The notes below the pieces were generated by a model. It had not been told where the DNA came from, did no database searches, and saw only the letters and a program-made list of their open reading frames with translations. The translations under genes were made by a program, and so were the position numbers. Of a DNA stretch of 64,000 nucleotides, positions 1-64,000 are shown in pieces; the stretch's first letter is position 1; each line of letters begins with the position of its first letter. Source of the stretch: Octopus bimaculoides (Eukaryota); assembly GCF_001194135.2 (NCBI RefSeq), contig NC_068996.1, forward strand, positions 18,372,765 to 18,436,764. The letters run 5' to 3'.

Positions 1-531
1 AGGTTTTGTGTCATTGCACAGCCTCTTGGTCAGTACTTTTTATGTCATCATCATCATTGTCAATAAAGTCCACTCTGTCATGTTTGCATTAATTAAATGA
101 AATTTGAGGCAGATTTGGACCATTGCTAGATGTCTTTCCTGTTGCAAATCCTCACCTTTTTCTAAGCAAGGTAATATTTCCCCATGTTTAGACATGTTTT
201 CACAATGTATTGGAAACTGTTTGTTTAACAGGGACACTCATTTGTAACTACTACATGATGTGTAGACAAGGAGACACACACATATATGCACACACATATA
301 TACATACATGCCTACATACACCCCTCCCTCACACCTTTTCTGCCTATTATTCCTGGTTGTCGTGATCAAGTCCTCAGATACCTCCTCCAGAGGATCCTAT
401 CAGAAGCTACTATCATTACACTTTCCGGCTGGGTTTCCAAGTGTGACCAACTGGGACCACAGATATTATCCAATTATCTCATTCTTGGTGGTCTATACTT
501 AGGTATTCTGCCTGTTGAATTTGTCTTGCAA

Positions 532-735
532 TCATCATCATCATCATCGTCGTTTAACGTCTGCTTTCCATGCTAGCATGGGTTGGACGATTTGACTGAG
601 GACTGGTGAAACCGGATGGCTACACCAGGCTCCAATCTGATTTGGCAGAGTTTCTACAGCTGGATGTCCTTCCTAACGCCAACCACTCAGAGAGTGTAGT
701 GGGTGCTTTTACGTGCCACCGGCACGAAAGCCAAT
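532..735 (-). mobile_element. 3' end of RTE-clade LINE with (GAT)n tail, severely 5'-truncated
   Basis: Near-identical to the 3' terminus of the RT-bearing copies at 16687-18512 and 36141-37278. Confidence 0.85.
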
Positions 736-1225
736 CTTTTCCTGTAACATTCTAATCACATGTCCATAGAACTGGAGCTGTGACCTCTCAATGCAGAGAA
801 TTAGTAGTTCAGATTGGAGAGACTCTTTGAGTCTCTAAGCTTGCTCCTTGTTGAATAACATAACTTCAGAGATCATTTGGAAGAAGCCCCCATATCAGCC
901 TCTTTTTTTGGCCATTACCTAACATTCATGACCATAAGTGAAAGTAGGCATGGAAAAGGATTGAAAGAAGAACCTAACTGCATTGCTTTCCATGCACACT
1001 AACAAGGTGTATGTTTGGATATTTGCTAGAGGGGGATCCATTTGAAAATGTATTGCAGTCTCCACCCAATGCTGGTACAACAAGCAATAAACTTGCAGTT
1101 TGTTCTGGGAGGCATGGGGTGAGAGCTCAAAGAATGTGTGTTCCTTGACCTATTTAAGAGATCATTAAAAATATGTCTATATAAATATTAGGCATTTATT
1201 CTCAATTTTGCTCCATTTTTTTCAG

Positions 1226-63113
<61,888 letters not shown>

Positions 63114-63745
63114 GTAAGTGGTTATATTCAGGACCTTATTGAAGAAAAACAACAGCTTCTAAAATGTGAGTAGCCACTTAATCCCTCCACAACAAGAAAC
63201 CTTTTTGGTTACTGGGAGTGGTAAGATAGAGAGCTCCATTCTGATATGCTCTGGTCTCTATGACTGGATGCCCTTCCTAATGCCAACCACTCTAAGAGTG
63301 TAGTGGGTGTCTTTTAAGTGTCACCGGCATGGATGCGTTTTGTGTGTCACTGGTATAGGTGCTTTTACGTGTCACCAGCACGGGTGATAATGCATGTGAC
63401 CTCATCACTATTTTTGTCTTTTTCCAGCCACTCCCACCTTCTTTTCTAAAATGCGTGTTTGACATGTAACTTCTCTGCAGCAAGAAACCTGTACTGCACT
63501 GGTCCTTTCTCACATGCTATTATCACGTATATCCTGGTGCAAAACCTCCCCTCAGGCTTTGTAGTCTTGCAAGCTGTATGACAACCTCACTAGCGCTGGT
63601 GGTTGGCATTAGGAAGGGCATCCAACCATAGACACTATGCCAGAGAAGACACATGATGCAGTCCTTGGGCCTATGAAATCCTGTAAAACCATTCAACCTT
63701 GCCAGCATGTAACATAGACTCTTGAAATACTTAAATGCTAATATA

Positions 63746-64000
63746 CAGGGGTTGGACAAAATAATGGAAACACCTTAAAATTTCAAGCAAAACAATTTTG
63801 ATATGGGATAGGACTGACTTTGGCAGTAATTACAGCTTGAATTCTGCGAGGTATGGACTTGTACAAAGCTTGAATTGTTTCCAAAGGAATTTTTGTCCAT
63901 TCTTCAGCTGAAACAGTCTCCAGTTCTTGTAGTGATGATGGTGGAGGATATTGACTCCTTACTTGTTTTCTTAAAATGCACCATAAATGTTAAATAATAT
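63746..64000 (-). mobile_element. Tc1-family transposon, 3' end (continues beyond the window)
   Basis: TA|CAGGGGTTGGACAAAATAATGGAAACACC TIR; minus strand encodes LWCILRKQVR..PPPSSLQELE..EEWTKIPLETIQALYKSIPRRIQAVITAK. Confidence 0.88.

Noticed and set aside
286-576. ORFs at the window start as a possible upstream neurobeachin exon
   Set aside because: No frame matches the expected preceding peptide (..AQIFAIYQLGLGYK..); that exon is probably upstream of the window

Overview
AT-rich eukaryotic genomic DNA with several N gaps. The repeat families suggest a coleoid cephalopod, most likely Octopus; this is an inference, not a database result. The whole window is the middle part of one + strand gene, a neurobeachin/LRBA (rugose/sel-2) BEACH-domain family orthologue. 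I traced 26 GT-AG exons (1226-63113) that join in one open, phase-consistent frame. They run from the end of the ConA/LamG-like region through the conserved DUF4704/ARM-like block and the variable acidic region to the DUF1088-type region. The 5' end and the PH-BEACH-WD40 end lie outside the window. The introns are packed with repeats: RTE-clade LINEs (at least three families), tRNA-derived SINEs (several families), mariner and Tc1 fossils, TTAA-flanked piggyBac-type MITEs, a Helitron-like element, a foldback element, an R4/Dong-like LINE end and many microsatellites. The least ordinary parts are: (i) a ~4.4 kb Penelope-like composite in the intron after exon 20, with an open GIY-YIG nuclease frame, flanking inverted repeats and a ~75 bp-stem hairpin; (ii) lineage-specific coding inserts, namely a 2.4 kb acidic exon with a Tyr-rich DG-x-x-x-Y repeat and a CpG/Cys-rich frame-symmetric exon; (iii) close inverted repeat pairs that would form dsRNA in the pre-mRNA of a neuronal gene. 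I found no prokaryotic-type system, CRISPR array or true tRNA/rRNA gene.
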